DNA of 64,000 bases from Nitrospinales bacterium. GTDB lineage: Bacteria; Nitrospinota; Nitrospinia; Nitrospinales; VA-1. The position numbers were made by a program, and so were the translations under genes. Positions 20,270 through 31,360 of this stretch are shown one piece after another (within the stretch, counting starts at the first letter, position 1; each line of letters starts with the position of its first letter). Location of the stretch: contig CBDCXL010000002.1 of assembly GCA_965223795.1 (NCBI GenBank), forward strand, positions 2,080,001 to 2,144,000. Direction: 5' to 3'. Under the pieces are notes generated by a model that had not been told where the DNA came from, did no database searches, and saw nothing but the letters and a program-made list of their open reading frames with translations.

Positions 20270-21217
20270 TCATGCCGACACGCACAGGTTCCTGAGCTGG
20301 TCTTTCAGCCGTTCGATTCCGGCGGGAAGATCGACTTTCGGTTTCCATCCCAACAGGGTGCGGGCCTTGGAATAATCGCAGAGGAGCTTGGGGATTTCCG
20401 ACTGGGGGTGGTGGTGCTCGACGAAACGGATGCGGTCCGGATCGGCACACACCATGCGGGCGAGATCGATCACGGCGATGTCCTCTCCGGAACCGGCGTT
20501 GATGACTTCCCCGGTGGCGGCCTCGCACAGGGAGGCTTTGTAGAGAAAGTCCACGCAATCCTCCACGTAAAGCAGGTCGCGGGTCTGGGTGCCGTCGCCG
20601 TAGACGTTGAGGCACTCGCCGTTTAAGGCTTGGCGCACGAAGATGGAGACGACGCCGCCTTCCAGATTGTATTTCTGGTAGGGGCCGTAGGTGTTGAACG
20701 GACGGCAGGTGACGACGGGCAGGCCGTAGCTGTGGTGGTAGGACTGGGCCAGCACTTCCGCCGCGAGCTTGGAGGCGGCGTAGGGGGACACCGGCTTGAG
20801 CGGGTGCAGCTCGTGGATGGGCTTGTGGCTTTCCGCCATGTCGTACACCATGCAGGTGCCCATGAGCATGATCTTGGTGCCCAGGGCGCGGCATTCCTCA
20901 AGGATGTTGTAGGTGCCCTGGATATTGATGGCGAAAGCCTTGCTGGGGTTTTCCAGCGACTCGTGCACGTTGATCTGGGCGGCGAGGTGGTACACGATGT
21001 CCGGCCTGGCTTCGAACAGGGCGTGCAGCGCTTTTTCGTTGAGGATGTCATCGTACACCACCTGCTTGAGCAGCGGGTGGCCGATGAATTCCTCGAGGTT
21101 GTTTTCCATGCCGTTTTCGAGGTTGTCGATCACCCACACCTCGCACTGTTCCTCAAGCAGTTTTTTCACCAGCCAGCGGCCGATGAAACCGGCCCCGCCC
21201 GTCACCAGCGCTTTCAT
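20270..21217 (-). CDS. NAD-dependent NDP-sugar epimerase/dehydratase
   Basis: GGAGFIG, YAASK, FNTYGP and GDGTQTRD motifs. Start MKALV overlaps the upstream stop. Confidence 0.92.
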   Translation of the reverse strand: MKALVTGGAGFIGRWLVKKLLEEQCEVWVIDNLENGMENNLEEFIGHPLLKQVVYDDILNEKALHALFEARPDIVYHLAAQINVHESLENPSKAFAINIQGTYNILEECRALGTKIMLMGTCMVYDMAESHKPIHELHPLKPVSPYAASKLAAEVLAQSYHHSYGLPVVTCRPFNTYGPYQKYNLEGGVVSIFVRQALNGECLNVYGDGTQTRDLLYVEDCVDFLYKASLCEAATGEVINAGSGEDIAVIDLARMVCADPDRIRFVEHHHPQSEIPKLLCDYSKARTLLGWKPKVDLPAGIERLKDQLRNLCVSA

Positions 21218-22170
21218 ATCAGCTCCCGGTACCATTGGATGGTCCGCTTCAAGCCGTCTTCCAGCGAGTAGTGCGGTTCCCATCCGGTTTTCTGATGAAT
21301 CAAAGAATAGTCGGCTTCCAGGGACATCAGATCGGCGGAGCGGCCGGGCCGGTTGTCGATCGGAGATTGCGACCCGGTCATGTCTTTGATCAGTTGCGCC
21401 AGGGACTTGATGGAGGTCTGCCGGTTGGTGCCGATGTTGAACACCTCTCCGGAGAAACGCTTGTCCTTGGTGATGACGAGCGAGTAGGCGCGCACGGCGT
21501 CTTTGATGTACTGGAAATCGCGGGTCTGTTCGCCGCTGTCGTGGATGACGATGGGCTTTTGCGTCAGGGCGTCGAGGATGAACTTCGAGATCACGCCCGC
21601 GTGCGCGGAGATGTCCTGGTTTTCGCCGAAGGTGTTGAAGTTGCGGATCACCACCACCGGGTACTTGTACCACTCGTGCATGGCCTTGCAGTGCTTCTCG
21701 GCGGCCAGCTTGGTGACGGCGTAGATGCTGCGCGGCAGCATCGGGTGGTTGATGTCCATCGGCGTGTAGATGGGGTTGCCGTACACTTCCGGCGAGGAGG
21801 CGTAGACCATCAGCGGCCAGTTTTTCGTGCGCACCAGAGACTGCACGAGGCGGAAGGTGCCCCATTCGTTGTTCTTGAAGTATTCGTTGGCCTGTTCCAT
21901 CGACTCGGGGATGGAGATGTGCGCGGCCAGGTGCACCACCGCGTCGAGGTCCATGCGGTCGAGTTCCTCGACGGTGAGGTGGTAGAATTTTTTACGGATC
22001 AGCTGGAACTTTCTATCGAAAGCTTCGGATTTGATGAAGGGGTCCTGCTGGAAAAATTTGCGGGAGAAATCGTCCACCCCGATGATGTGGTCGATGTCCG
22101 CGCGGCGGACGAGCTCATCCACAAGATGGATGCCGTACAGACCCGCGGCGCCGGTGATCAGGATTCGCAT
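21214..22170 (-). CDS. NAD-dependent NDP-sugar epimerase/dehydratase
   Basis: GAAGLYG, HLAA, YAVTK and GEQTRDF motifs. Confidence 0.92.
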   Translation of the reverse strand: MRILITGAAGLYGIHLVDELVRRADIDHIIGVDDFSRKFFQQDPFIKSEAFDRKFQLIRKKFYHLTVEELDRMDLDAVVHLAAHISIPESMEQANEYFKNNEWGTFRLVQSLVRTKNWPLMVYASSPEVYGNPIYTPMDINHPMLPRSIYAVTKLAAEKHCKAMHEWYKYPVVVIRNFNTFGENQDISAHAGVISKFILDALTQKPIVIHDSGEQTRDFQYIKDAVRAYSLVITKDKRFSGEVFNIGTNRQTSIKSLAQLIKDMTGSQSPIDNRPGRSADLMSLEADYSLIHQKTGWEPHYSLEDGLKRTIQWYRELI

Positions 22171-22323
22171 GTTCTCTCCGTCTTTGCGGTCGAGTGGAAG
22201 CTCGGGTTGCGCGCCGCCGCCGGAACCGGCGGCGGTTTGATCCTCAGGATTGATTCTGCTACCCTTTGCCGTTCCCTATCTTTATATTTGACGGCATGCG
22301 TTCGCTTGAGCTTGAGTGTTGTT

Positions 22324-23454
22324 ATGGTCCGGACGGGAAAAATTTTTCTGCTGCTTGTGTTTTTATCCGCCGCCGCGGTGTCTCCGCGCGTCGCAGCCCA
22401 ATCCGAAGAACCGCCCCGCTTCCGCGAGGCGGTGCCGGGATACACGTACGCGTTTCCGCGCGATCATTTTTCGCACGACGATTTCCGCATCGAATGGTGG
22501 TATTACACGGGCAACCTGAAAACCGCGGCCGGGCGGGAGTTCGGCTATCAGGTCACCTTCTTCCGGGTGGCGCTCGAGGGCGAGGAAAAAATCGTGAACC
22601 CCTCCAAATGGAAGGTGGATCAGGTGTACTTCGCGCATCTCACAGTGTCCGACATCGAAAGCGGGCGCTTTCACTTTTTCGAGCGCATCAACCGCAAAGG
22701 CATGCGGCACGCAGGCGCGGCGTCCGACCGTCTGCATGTCTGGAACGAGGACTGGTCGCTCACCGAAAAAGACGGCGGGCACCGTCTGCATGCGGTGGAG
22801 AACGGCACCGGCGTGGAACTCACCCTCGTGCCGCTCAAAAAACCGGTGATCCACGGCGAAGGGGGGATCAGCCGCAAAGGCGAAAACGAGGGCAACGCGT
22901 CGCATTATTTTTCCTTCACGCGCATGCGAACGACGGGACACGTTCTGGTGAACGGCGAGAAGCACGCGGTCGAGGGCACGAGCTGGATGGACCGGGAATT
23001 TTCCAGCAACCCGATGCATCCGGATCTCATCGGCTGGGACTGGTATTCCTTAAAACTCGACAACGGCGTGGAGCTCATGCTCTACCAGCTGCGCAGAAAG
23101 GACGGCAGCGTCGACCCGCATTCGAGCGGCACGCTGGTATTGAAAGACGGTAGCCATCGCCACCTGGAATTGAAGGATTTTGAGGTCGAGATTCTCGATC
23201 ACTGGAAAAGCGGCAATACCCAGATCACCTATCCTGCGGCCTGGACGATCCGCGTTGCGGGCGAGGATGCAGCGTTGCGCATCCATCCCGACTTTGCCGG
23301 CCAGGAACTGTTTCACCTGCGTTCGATCTCGGGCGCCTACTGGGAGGGCAGCGTTTCGTTCGAGGGCACCTTCCGGGGACAGCCGGTGCGGGGCAAGGGC
23401 TATGTCGAGCTGGTGGGCTACGGGCAGCCGCTGGTTCAGGAACTGCCGCAATGA
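22324..23454 (+). CDS. Secreted AttH/CrtC-like lipocalin-domain protein
   Basis: Signal peptide; FPRDH, EWWYYTGNL, WMDREFS, WDW and YWEG motifs. Confidence 0.85.
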   Translation: MVRTGKIFLLLVFLSAAAVSPRVAAQSEEPPRFREAVPGYTYAFPRDHFSHDDFRIEWWYYTGNLKTAAGREFGYQVTFFRVALEGEEKIVNPSKWKVDQVYFAHLTVSDIESGRFHFFERINRKGMRHAGAASDRLHVWNEDWSLTEKDGGHRLHAVENGTGVELTLVPLKKPVIHGEGGISRKGENEGNASHYFSFTRMRTTGHVLVNGEKHAVEGTSWMDREFSSNPMHPDLIGWDWYSLKLDNGVELMLYQLRRKDGSVDPHSSGTLVLKDGSHRHLELKDFEVEILDHWKSGNTQITYPAAWTIRVAGEDAALRIHPDFAGQELFHLRSISGAYWEGSVSFEGTFRGQPVRGKGYVELVGYGQPLVQELPQ

Positions 23455-23470
23455 CCGGCGCGAGCCGCGG

Positions 23471-24265
23471 TCATGCAGATTCTCTCTGCGGGATGAGGAG
23501 GCTCAGGCAGGTGACGGCGCCGTCGGCTTTTTCGAATTCGCTCATGTCCAGCTCCACCACATTCAATCCCAGCGCCGCGACGCGCGCTGCAAGGCGGTCG
23601 AAGCCGCGCGCCATCAGCACGGTGCTGCCGAGTGTCAGGCAGTTGGCGCCGTAGGCTTCATCGTCGTTCACTTCGATCCATTCGAAATCGCGGAAGGGCC
23701 CGGTATCCACACGGGAAGGACAAAGCAGTAAATGTTTGCCGCCGAGGGTGCCGACCGAGCTTTTGAGGTGCAGCCCCGCGTGCACGGCGACAGGGACGAC
23801 GGGTTTCGCGGACAGCTGGCGGAGCGTGTCCAGGCAATGTGCGCCGGTGCGGGAGGATTGCCCGACGAACAGCGCCGCGTCCGTGTCCAGCACGTCGCCG
23901 CCGTCCAGGGTCGCGGGTTCGGGCAGGTGCGTCAGCGGCCGGTGTTTTTGCAGCGCCCGGGCCACCGATTCGGTTTCCCCCCGGCGGCTGGTTTCTTTTA
24001 GCGAGCAGACCAGCGCCCGATCGGCAACGAGGATCGCCGTGTCCTCGACGAACGGCGCGTCGGGATGACCCGCCAGCGGGGGCAGCGCCTCGATGCGGGC
24101 TCCCGCGGTCTGCAGAGCCTGCACGTAGCGCTCGTGCTGCTTTGCGGCGCGCCGCCAGTCGATGCTGAGTTTTTGCGGGTGCGCCGACAGCGCGTTGGCG
24201 AAATCCGGACCCGGCGGCCGCACCAGTGCGGTGCACAGGATGGATTTTGAATCGGACGGGTTCAC
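23471..24265 (-). CDS. Dimethylarginine dimethylaminohydrolase (amidinotransferase superfamily)
   Basis: PDAPFVED, LDGGDV, LHLKS and C-terminal DGAVTCLS (catalytic Cys). Confidence 0.88.
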   Translation of the reverse strand: MNPSDSKSILCTALVRPPGPDFANALSAHPQKLSIDWRRAAKQHERYVQALQTAGARIEALPPLAGHPDAPFVEDTAILVADRALVCSLKETSRRGETESVARALQKHRPLTHLPEPATLDGGDVLDTDAALFVGQSSRTGAHCLDTLRQLSAKPVVPVAVHAGLHLKSSVGTLGGKHLLLCPSRVDTGPFRDFEWIEVNDDEAYGANCLTLGSTVLMARGFDRLAARVAALGLNVVELDMSEFEKADGAVTCLSLLIPQRESA

Positions 24266-24327
24266 GTCGGTTTCTCCGAAGCAGGACTGTTGCCTGAGCC
24301 GGGTGTACGCAAGCCAGAGTTTTTCAA

Positions 24328-24385
24328 TGTCACCCTGAGCTTGTCGAAGGGGGGCGAATCATGCTTCGACAGGCTCAGCATGACA
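24328..24385. repeat. REP-like intergenic palindrome with 22-bp arms
   Basis: TGTCACCCTGAGCTTGTCGAAG (24328-24349) and CTTCGACAGGCTCAGCATGACA (24364-24385) are 19/22 complementary. Confidence 0.75.
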
Positions 24386-24431
24386 GGAAATCGGCGTATG
24401 CAAAGGCACCCAAAGCGGGGGACAGGAGCGG

Positions 24432-24905
24432 TCAGTCGCAGGTGCGGGTGTTCATGAGGCGGGAGAAATACAGGATGGGCACCGCCTTTTTCGCGCCCTT
24501 GATGATTTTCATCGTCGCCTTGCTGGGTTTGAGGCCGGCTTTGGTGTTTTCCGGCCGGGCCACGTACACCAGGCCGTTGACCAGGTTGAAATCGTGACGG
24601 GTGAACCGCATGACCTTGCGCTGATATTGCTTCGGCGCGTCGTGGATTTCATCCAGCTTCGGCAGGAAGGAGCTGTCCATCTCGTAGAGCACGCCGAACA
24701 TCATGCCGGAACTGCCCGAGGTGGGCTCGATGTTCGGCAGACCCAAATTTTCCGGCGCATCCTCCTCGACGGGGATCTTGTTGAACACGACCTGCCAGGC
24801 GGAAAGGGTCACCGACGATTTGGAAATGTACTCCAACCCGCGCTGCTTGAAGTGCTGTTCATTCATCAATTCGTCGTAAGCAAAAAAGTTGACCACATCC
24901 ACCAT
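24432..24905 (-). CDS. Gamma-glutamylcyclotransferase (AIG2-like) family protein
   Basis: N-terminal FFAYDELM (a variant of YFAYGS), GVLYEM, LDE and a PS motif near the C-terminus. Confidence 0.7.
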   Translation of the reverse strand: MVDVVNFFAYDELMNEQHFKQRGLEYISKSSVTLSAWQVVFNKIPVEEDAPENLGLPNIEPTSGSSGMMFGVLYEMDSSFLPKLDEIHDAPKQYQRKVMRFTRHDFNLVNGLVYVARPENTKAGLKPSKATMKIIKGAKKAVPILYFSRLMNTRTCD

Positions 24906-25198
24906 CGAACGTTCCTCGCTGAAAAAAGTGTCAAAAATCGAAAAATTCTTTTATACACAACCACTTATGGTAATTGTGTTGCCCGTTTCCGGCGATTGTG
25001 CTAGTATCTGTAAAATTATCCGCACCGTTACAATCACTTTTGCCATCTAATTCAAGAGTAAACAAGCCGTCTTTTCAAGTGGAATTCCTGCTTGGAACGG
25101 GCTTTTTTGGCAAACGCCCTCTTGACCCACAGGGCCGGATTTCGGTGAACCGTACTGAATTCCGGGTAAATTGATTCAATCACACACAGGAGAATTTT

Positions 25199-25549
25199 AT
25201 GGCAGCCGGTAAAGTCGCACCCGTGTCCGACGATGAATTCGAATCTTCCGTGATCCAAAACGGAAAACCCGTTGTGGTCGACTTTTGGGCGGAGTGGTGC
25301 CAACCCTGTAAAATGCTCGCTCCTACGGTGGAAGAGATCGCCGGGGAATACGAAGACAAAGTGTTCGTCAGCAAGCTCAATGTGGACGAGAATCCCAACA
25401 CGGCCACCAAGTTCGGCATCCGCGGGATCCCCACGCTCCTGTTTTTCAAGGACGGCAAAGTGGTTCAACAACTGGTGGGCGTGAAAACGAAGGCGGAGAT
25501 CAAGAAGGTCATCGAAGAGGATCTGCTGACGCCCTCGCAGACCGCCTGA
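25199..25549 (+). CDS. trxA: Thioredoxin
   Basis: DFWAEWCQPC and GIPTL motifs; AGGAG ribosome-binding site. Confidence 0.95.
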   Translation: MAAGKVAPVSDDEFESSVIQNGKPVVVDFWAEWCQPCKMLAPTVEEIAGEYEDKVFVSKLNVDENPNTATKFGIRGIPTLLFFKDGKVVQQLVGVKTKAEIKKVIEEDLLTPSQTA

Positions 25550-25751
25550 GCCGGTCCGCCGGAGTCACCTGAGCAACCATTCCCCCCGTTTGCTCGAATC
25601 GAAAACGCGTTGCCCTCGATGGACCGTTGCGGTTCCGCGCCTGCTTTAGAGCCGCGCCTGCATCCGTTTCCTTCCCTCGACAATTCTGTAATGTCTGTAA
25701 TGAAAATCGATGCTGTTGTGCGTGCGGGTTGCGTCCGGCGCCGGGATCGAT

Positions 25752-26756
25752 TCATGGAGAATACGGAATCGTGTCGGAAACCGGGGTGAGGCCCAGCGAT
25801 TCGATCATCTCCCGGTCCTTTTTCGGGTCCTGACCCTTGGTGGTCAGGTAGTTCCCTCCAAGAATGCCGTTGGCTCCGGCGGCGAACAGTTTTTCCTGAT
25901 GCGCCGCGAACACTTCTTCCCGACCGCCACAGACGAACAGATCCATTTTCGGAAGCACCAGCCTGAGCAGGGAGATGGTGAGCAGGGCTTCGTAGAGACC
26001 GATGACGGACAGGTGATCGAGCCCGGTGCCGTCTATGGGTTTTAAAAAGTTGATCGGGAAGGACTGCGTGTCGAGCGTCTTGATGTCGAAGGCCAGCTCC
26101 ACGCGCTGGGCGTGGGTTTCGCCCATGCCGAAGATGCCGCCGACGCACACCGGCAGTCCCACCTCCTGAGCGTTCCTCACGGCCCGCACTTCGTCCTGGT
26201 AGCTGTGTGTGGTGACGATGTTTTCGAAATGGCTGGCGGCGGTTTCCAGATTGTGGTGGCAGCGGTCGAGCCCGGCGTCCTTCAACTCCTGCATGTTCTC
26301 CTTGCTCATCAGCCCGAGCGAGCAGCAGGTCTCGAGTTTGGTTTCCTCCTTGATGCGGCGGATCGCCTGCTTGACCTTTTCCAGCTCTTCGCGGCTGTCC
26401 ATGGCGGTTCCCGAGGCGACGATGGAAAACTCGTTGGCGCCGAAGGACTCGGCTTCTTTCGCCGCGGCGACGATCTGGTCCACATCCATCAGTCCGTACT
26501 CCGGCGACTCGGTCTCAAACGAGCTGGACTGGGCGCAGAAGGAACAGTCCTCGACGCATTTACCCGATTTGGCGTTGACGATGGAGCAGATCTTGACCTC
26601 ATCGCCCTTGAAACGGTCGCGGATTTTGTCGGTTCCGAGGAACAGGTAGTCGAGCTCCTCCTGGTTCAAGGTCTCAAGCGCCAGCGCCTGTTCTTTTGAG
26701 ATTCCCTGCCCATCCAGGGCGGAATCGATCATGCTGTCGATCAGTTCTTTTCTCAT
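25752..26756 (-). CDS. bioB: Biotin synthase
   Basis: NAKSGKCVEDCSFCAQS, HNLET and YLTT.G motifs. Confidence 0.95.
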   Translation of the reverse strand: MRKELIDSMIDSALDGQGISKEQALALETLNQEELDYLFLGTDKIRDRFKGDEVKICSIVNAKSGKCVEDCSFCAQSSSFETESPEYGLMDVDQIVAAAKEAESFGANEFSIVASGTAMDSREELEKVKQAIRRIKEETKLETCCSLGLMSKENMQELKDAGLDRCHHNLETAASHFENIVTTHSYQDEVRAVRNAQEVGLPVCVGGIFGMGETHAQRVELAFDIKTLDTQSFPINFLKPIDGTGLDHLSVIGLYEALLTISLLRLVLPKMDLFVCGGREEVFAAHQEKLFAAGANGILGGNYLTTKGQDPKKDREMIESLGLTPVSDTIPYSP

Positions 26757-26914
26757 GGCTCACATTCCGCGTGTCCGCGGACCCGGTCGTTCAGGTTTGG
26801 ACCCGGCGCGCCCAGCGTGAATCCGCCGGCCGTTCAGGGCCGCGGGCTGCGCGCAAATGCCGGAAAGGATTGCCTGAAATACTACCATTGAAGCCCCTTA
26901 AGAGCAAATGCACC

Positions 26915-28990
26915 TCATTCGTATCGCAGCAGTTCCACCAGCGCCTCGGTGCTGGTGACGGGAGCGAGGCAGGTTCCCTGCCGGCACACGTAGGCGGCGG
27001 GACCCCCTTTGACCGGCTTGCGGCCGGCGAGCAGCGGGATTTCCGGTTCCCTGCCGCCGGAATCGGCGAACGCGAACACGGCGTTGGGGAAAAACTGCGT
27101 GCGGATGGTTTTGAGCATGTTCTGCGTTTCGGGGTGATCCTCTGGGCCGACGATGGCGACTTCCTTGAGTCCGCCCAGGTACAGGTGCAGCGCCTGCATC
27201 ATGAACGACGAGTTCATGCCGAATTCCATCAGGTCCTCATGGAAGGTGGTGAAGATGTTCTCCGCCCGCTGGATCAGGGCCGGGTCCTGCAGGTAGGCGG
27301 CGAGCCTCAGCCAGGCGAGCGCGGCGTTGCTGTTGCCGGAGGGCTCGACGCCATCGTATCCCGAAATCAGCCGCACGATCAGGTTTTCTGCGTCGCTCGC
27401 GGTTTCGTAGTACGCGCCGCTCTCGGATGCGAACCGGTCCTGCACCTCCTGCATCAGCTTTTCGGCTGCCTCGATGTATTTGGGGTCGTAAGTCGCTTCG
27501 TAAAGATCGAGGCAGGCCACGGCGATGGCGGTGTGGTCGAACAGGTACGCGTCGTAACGCGCTTCGCCTTCGCGGTGGCGGCGCAGCAGGCGGCCGCGCT
27601 CGTCGCGCAGATGCGTCAGGATGAACGCCATCGCGCGTTCGGCTTTTTCGATGCGGTCCGCATCGTCGAGCACGCGGCCGGTTTTCGCCATGGCGGTGAT
27701 CATCAGCCCGTTCCAGGAGGTGAGGATCTTGTCATCGAGTAGCGGGCGGATGCGCTTGCTGCGCGCTTCGAGCAGCAGTGCGCGGGCTTTGACGATTTCA
27801 TTCTTCGCCATGTCTTCGGTGACTCCCTGCTCTTTGGCGACTTCCGCGATCGGCCGGGTGACGTTGGGGATGTTCTTGCCCTCGAAGTTGCCCGCCTGGG
27901 TGATGTTGTAATAGGGCACGGCGATGCTTGCGGTCTTGTGGCCCAGGATCTGCTGCACCTCAGCAAGTGTCCACACGTAGAATTTCCCCTCGACGCCCTC
28001 GCTGTCCGCGTCCTCGGCGCTGAAGAACGCGCCTTCCTTAGACGTCATGTCACGGTCGATGTAGTGCAGCACGTCGTTGGCGTACTCGGCGAACTCGGCG
28101 TTGCCGGTGACCTGGTGGGTTTCGATGAGCGCGGTGACGAACAGGGAGTTGTCGTACAGCATCTTTTCGAAATGCGGGACCAGCCATTTGTAGTCGGTGC
28201 TGTAACGGGACAGGCCGCCGCCGATCTGATCGTAGATGCCGCCGTTCTTCATGGCGCGCAGCGTGTTTTCCGTCATCTCCAGGGCGCGCGCGTCACCGGT
28301 GCGCTTGTGATTGCGCAGCAGCAGCGAGAGCCCCATCGAAGGGGGAAATTTGTTCTGCTGTTGAAACGCGAAGCCGTGATTCAGGGAATCGTAGTGCCGG
28401 TTGTACAGCTCGCAGGCTTTGTCCTCGCCGTCGAACGACAGGGTGTCGAGCGAACCGGGACGGGTCTGCTTTTCAGAAGACTGTTTGATGGCGTTGACGA
28501 TGGCCGCGCCCTGCTTTTCCACCTTTTCGTATTCGTTGTGCCAGGTGTTGGACAGAAACTGCAGCACATCGCGGAACGAAGGCAGGTTGAAGCGCCGCTC
28601 GGGGGGAAAATAGGTGCCGCCGTAGAACGGAATGCCGTCGGGCGTGACGAACACGTTCAACGGCCAGCCGCCCTGCTGTCCCAGGTTCTGCAGCGCCTGC
28701 ATGTAGATGCTGTCGACGTCCGGCCGTTCCTCGCGGTCCACCTTGATGCTGACGAAATGCTCGTTGAGGAATTTCGCCAGATGCGGGTCCTCGAAGGATT
28801 CGCGTTCCATCACGTGGCACCAGTGGCAGGTGGCGTAGCCGATGCTGACCAGCACGGGCAGGTTTTTTTCTTTCGAGATGCGGAACGGTTCCTCGCCCCA
28901 GGGGTGCCAGTCGACCGGGTTGTGCGCGTGCTGCAGAAGGTAGGGGCTCTTCTCGTGCACCAGTTTGTTGGTGTAGGGATGCTTGTCCAA
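26915..28990 (-). CDS. YyaL/SPATA20-like thioredoxin-domain protein
   Basis: [28 protein letters not shown] and [11 protein letters not shown] motifs. Confidence 0.93.
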   Translation of the reverse strand: MDKHPYTNKLVHEKSPYLLQHAHNPVDWHPWGEEPFRISKEKNLPVLVSIGYATCHWCHVMERESFEDPHLAKFLNEHFVSIKVDREERPDVDSIYMQALQNLGQQGGWPLNVFVTPDGIPFYGGTYFPPERRFNLPSFRDVLQFLSNTWHNEYEKVEKQGAAIVNAIKQSSEKQTRPGSLDTLSFDGEDKACELYNRHYDSLNHGFAFQQQNKFPPSMGLSLLLRNHKRTGDARALEMTENTLRAMKNGGIYDQIGGGLSRYSTDYKWLVPHFEKMLYDNSLFVTALIETHQVTGNAEFAEYANDVLHYIDRDMTSKEGAFFSAEDADSEGVEGKFYVWTLAEVQQILGHKTASIAVPYYNITQAGNFEGKNIPNVTRPIAEVAKEQGVTEDMAKNEIVKARALLLEARSKRIRPLLDDKILTSWNGLMITAMAKTGRVLDDADRIEKAERAMAFILTHLRDERGRLLRRHREGEARYDAYLFDHTAIAVACLDLYEATYDPKYIEAAEKLMQEVQDRFASESGAYYETASDAENLIVRLISGYDGVEPSGNSNAALAWLRLAAYLQDPALIQRAENIFTTFHEDLMEFGMNSSFMMQALHLYLGGLKEVAIVGPEDHPETQNMLKTIRTQFFPNAVFAFADSGGREPEIPLLAGRKPVKGGPAAYVCRQGTCLAPVTSTEALVELLRYE

Positions 28991-29005
28991 ACCGAACCTG
29001 CTTTT

Positions 29006-30268
29006 CTAATGGGTGCGAATGGCCTCGAAGCGCTGGAAAAAATCGGGAAAAGATTTATCCACGCAACGGGGATTGATGATCCGGACGCCGGGAACCCTGA
29101 GCCCGGCGACCGCGAAACTCATCGCCATGCGGTGGTCGTGATAGGTCTCGATCTCAGCGCCTTTGAGCGGCCCCGGTGAAACGGTCAGGCTGTCCGGGCC
29201 GCTTTGTACCGTCGCGCCCAGGCGGGTGAGCTCGTTTTCCAGCGCCTGAATGCGGTCGGTCTCCTTGATCCTCAGATTGGCGATCCCGTTCATCACGGTT
29301 TCGCCTTCGGCGAACAGGGCGACCACGGCAAGGGTCTGCACGGCGTCGGGCATGCTGTTCATATTGATGACGATTCCCTTCAGGGGGTTTCCCCGCAGGC
29401 GGATTTTTTCCGCCGATGTTTCCACTGTACAGCCCATTTTGCGCAGCACCTCCAGAAATCCGGCGTCGCCCTGGACGCTGTCCGGGTTGAGCCCGGTGAG
29501 CGTGATATCGCCGCCTGTCACCGCCGCCGCGGCGAGGAAATAGGAGGCGCTGGACCAGTCCGCCTCGACCTGGTAGGTGCGCGGCCGGTAGGTTTTGCCG
29601 GCGGTGACGCGGAATGAGGCGTGGCTCTCATTTTCTGCATCGACACCGAATGCCCGCATGATGTCGAGGGTGATGTCGGCGTAGGATTTGGAGGTGAGGT
29701 CGCCCTGGATGCGGATCATGGTGTCGCCCGCGAAATACGGCGCGCACAGCAGAAGCGAGGTCAGGTACTGCGAACTTTTGTCGCCGGCGAGCGTGACTTC
29801 GCCGCCGGGAACGCGCCCGCCTTCGATTCTGAGCGGCGGGCACTGGTTGCCGCGCACCGAAACGGCGGCGATGTTCATCTGGTTGAGGCAGTCGAGCAGG
29901 TCCCCGATGGGCCGCTGCTGCATGCGTTCGTCGCCCGTGAGATGCGTGACCCCTTCGGCGAGGGCGGCGAAGGTGGTCAGAAACCGCATCGTGGTGCCGG
30001 CGTTGCCGACGAAGATTTCCTCTTTCGGGGCGTTCATGCGGCCGCCGCGTCCGCTCACCACCAGCGCGTCGTCCTGCTTTTTTATCGCGATGCCGAAACC
30101 GTGGAGCGCACGCTGCATGTATTTCGTGTCGTCGCTGATGAGCGGGTTTTCCAGGCGCGATTCGCCTTCGGCCAGGGCGGCGATCAGCAGCGCCCGGTTG
30201 GTGTAGCTTTTAGAGGGGGGGACCGCGATGGTGGCGGTGATGTTGGCTGCGGGTTCGATCTCGATCAT
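29006..30268 (-). CDS. aroA: 3-phosphoshikimate 1-carboxyvinyltransferase
   Basis: SKSYTNR, GNAGTTMR, SSQY, KETDR and DHRMAM motifs. Confidence 0.97.
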   Translation of the reverse strand: MIEIEPAANITATIAVPPSKSYTNRALLIAALAEGESRLENPLISDDTKYMQRALHGFGIAIKKQDDALVVSGRGGRMNAPKEEIFVGNAGTTMRFLTTFAALAEGVTHLTGDERMQQRPIGDLLDCLNQMNIAAVSVRGNQCPPLRIEGGRVPGGEVTLAGDKSSQYLTSLLLCAPYFAGDTMIRIQGDLTSKSYADITLDIMRAFGVDAENESHASFRVTAGKTYRPRTYQVEADWSSASYFLAAAAVTGGDITLTGLNPDSVQGDAGFLEVLRKMGCTVETSAEKIRLRGNPLKGIVINMNSMPDAVQTLAVVALFAEGETVMNGIANLRIKETDRIQALENELTRLGATVQSGPDSLTVSPGPLKGAEIETYHDHRMAMSFAVAGLRVPGVRIINPRCVDKSFPDFFQRFEAIRTH

Positions 30269-30448
30269 GCCGGATTTTAGGCTCTCTTCATGCGGGGAAA
30301 AGGCTCACTATATCATATCGTCCGGCGGCTTTCGCCGGCCCCGGGCCGGTCTTGTTTCCGGGGGCCAGGTTTGGTATGCTTTCGATGCGCTTTTCCTCCG
30401 TATATTACATGCAAGGCACTCAAATTAAAGGTTTTTGACGGTGAGTTG

Positions 30449-30739
30449 ATGGAGAAGAAAAAACAATCCCTGTGGTACCGGTTGTGGGACCACAAATCGG
30501 AACAGGAGAAACAACGGCTCAAGTCCTACATCCCGTTGTTTCTGTATACCGCCGCGTTCGTTTACGGCGTCATCTACCTGTCCATCCTGAACACGGTGAA
30601 CCGCTACAACAGCGGCGCCACGGTCAAGTCCTGGTTCGGCGGCGACCGGCCGGAAGTCATCGCCGCACGGCAAAAGGAAAAGACGCAGATCGAGGAAAGT
30701 TTCTCTCAGTTACGCAAACGGGTTTCCGGCGGCCGCTAG
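30449..30739 (+). CDS. Small single-pass membrane hypothetical protein
   Basis: ORF MEKKKQSLW... has one hydrophobic helix and is the first gene of a + strand run. Confidence 0.65.
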   Translation: MEKKKQSLWYRLWDHKSEQEKQRLKSYIPLFLYTAAFVYGVIYLSILNTVNRYNSGATVKSWFGGDRPEVIAARQKEKTQIEESFSQLRKRVSGGR

Positions 30740-30771
30740 CAGGCGCGCCGGACTTAAAAAAAGAGGGTTGT

Positions 30772-31317
30772 GTGAAACGTCTGGTCTATACGTTCAACAT
30801 GTTCTATCTGTTCTCCCTGTCCCTGTGGGTGGCGGGGATGTTTCTGCTCGGCATCCTGGTCGAGGTCATGGTGCGCGTGAACCTGCGCGAGCAGCCTGAG
30901 ATTGGCAGCAAGATCATGAACAAGATCATGGACGTCTACAACGTGAATATCATCTACACCTGCATCGGTCTGATTCTTGCCGCTGAACTGGTTCGCTTTC
31001 TGGTGCACAAATATGGAAAGGTGGGGCTTGAAACGCAAAGGGTGACGAAGCGCCGCTACACGCGGGAGGTGCTGCTCGCGATCATGGTCGTTCTGGCGAT
31101 TTACATGGGGAGCGTTCTCCGGCCGCAGATGCACGAAGTGGACAAGTTGAAAAAAGCCAATCCCGCAGATCAGAAACTGCAGATTCAGTTCGACCGGTTC
31201 CATTCCAAATTCACCTGGATCTACTCCGTCAACATGATCCTCGGATTGTCCTTGTTTTACATACACGGCAAGGAAATGGTGCGGTTTAGAGAGGAGCCGC
31301 AGGATGCTGCGACCTGA
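30772..31317 (+). CDS. DUF4149/TMEM205-like membrane protein
   Basis: Four hydrophobic helices, LWVAG, and FDRFH near the C-terminus; GTG start after AGAGGG. Confidence 0.7.
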   Translation: MKRLVYTFNMFYLFSLSLWVAGMFLLGILVEVMVRVNLREQPEIGSKIMNKIMDVYNVNIIYTCIGLILAAELVRFLVHKYGKVGLETQRVTKRRYTREVLLAIMVVLAIYMGSVLRPQMHEVDKLKKANPADQKLQIQFDRFHSKFTWIYSVNMILGLSLFYIHGKEMVRFREEPQDAAT

Positions 31318-31360
31318 TCGTCTTCCCATCCGATCTTTCCGGTTGAAAAGTTGAATCTGT

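Noticed and set aside
25199..25549. WCQPC instead of WCGPC in thioredoxin
   Set aside because: This is a common natural variant of the active-site motif.
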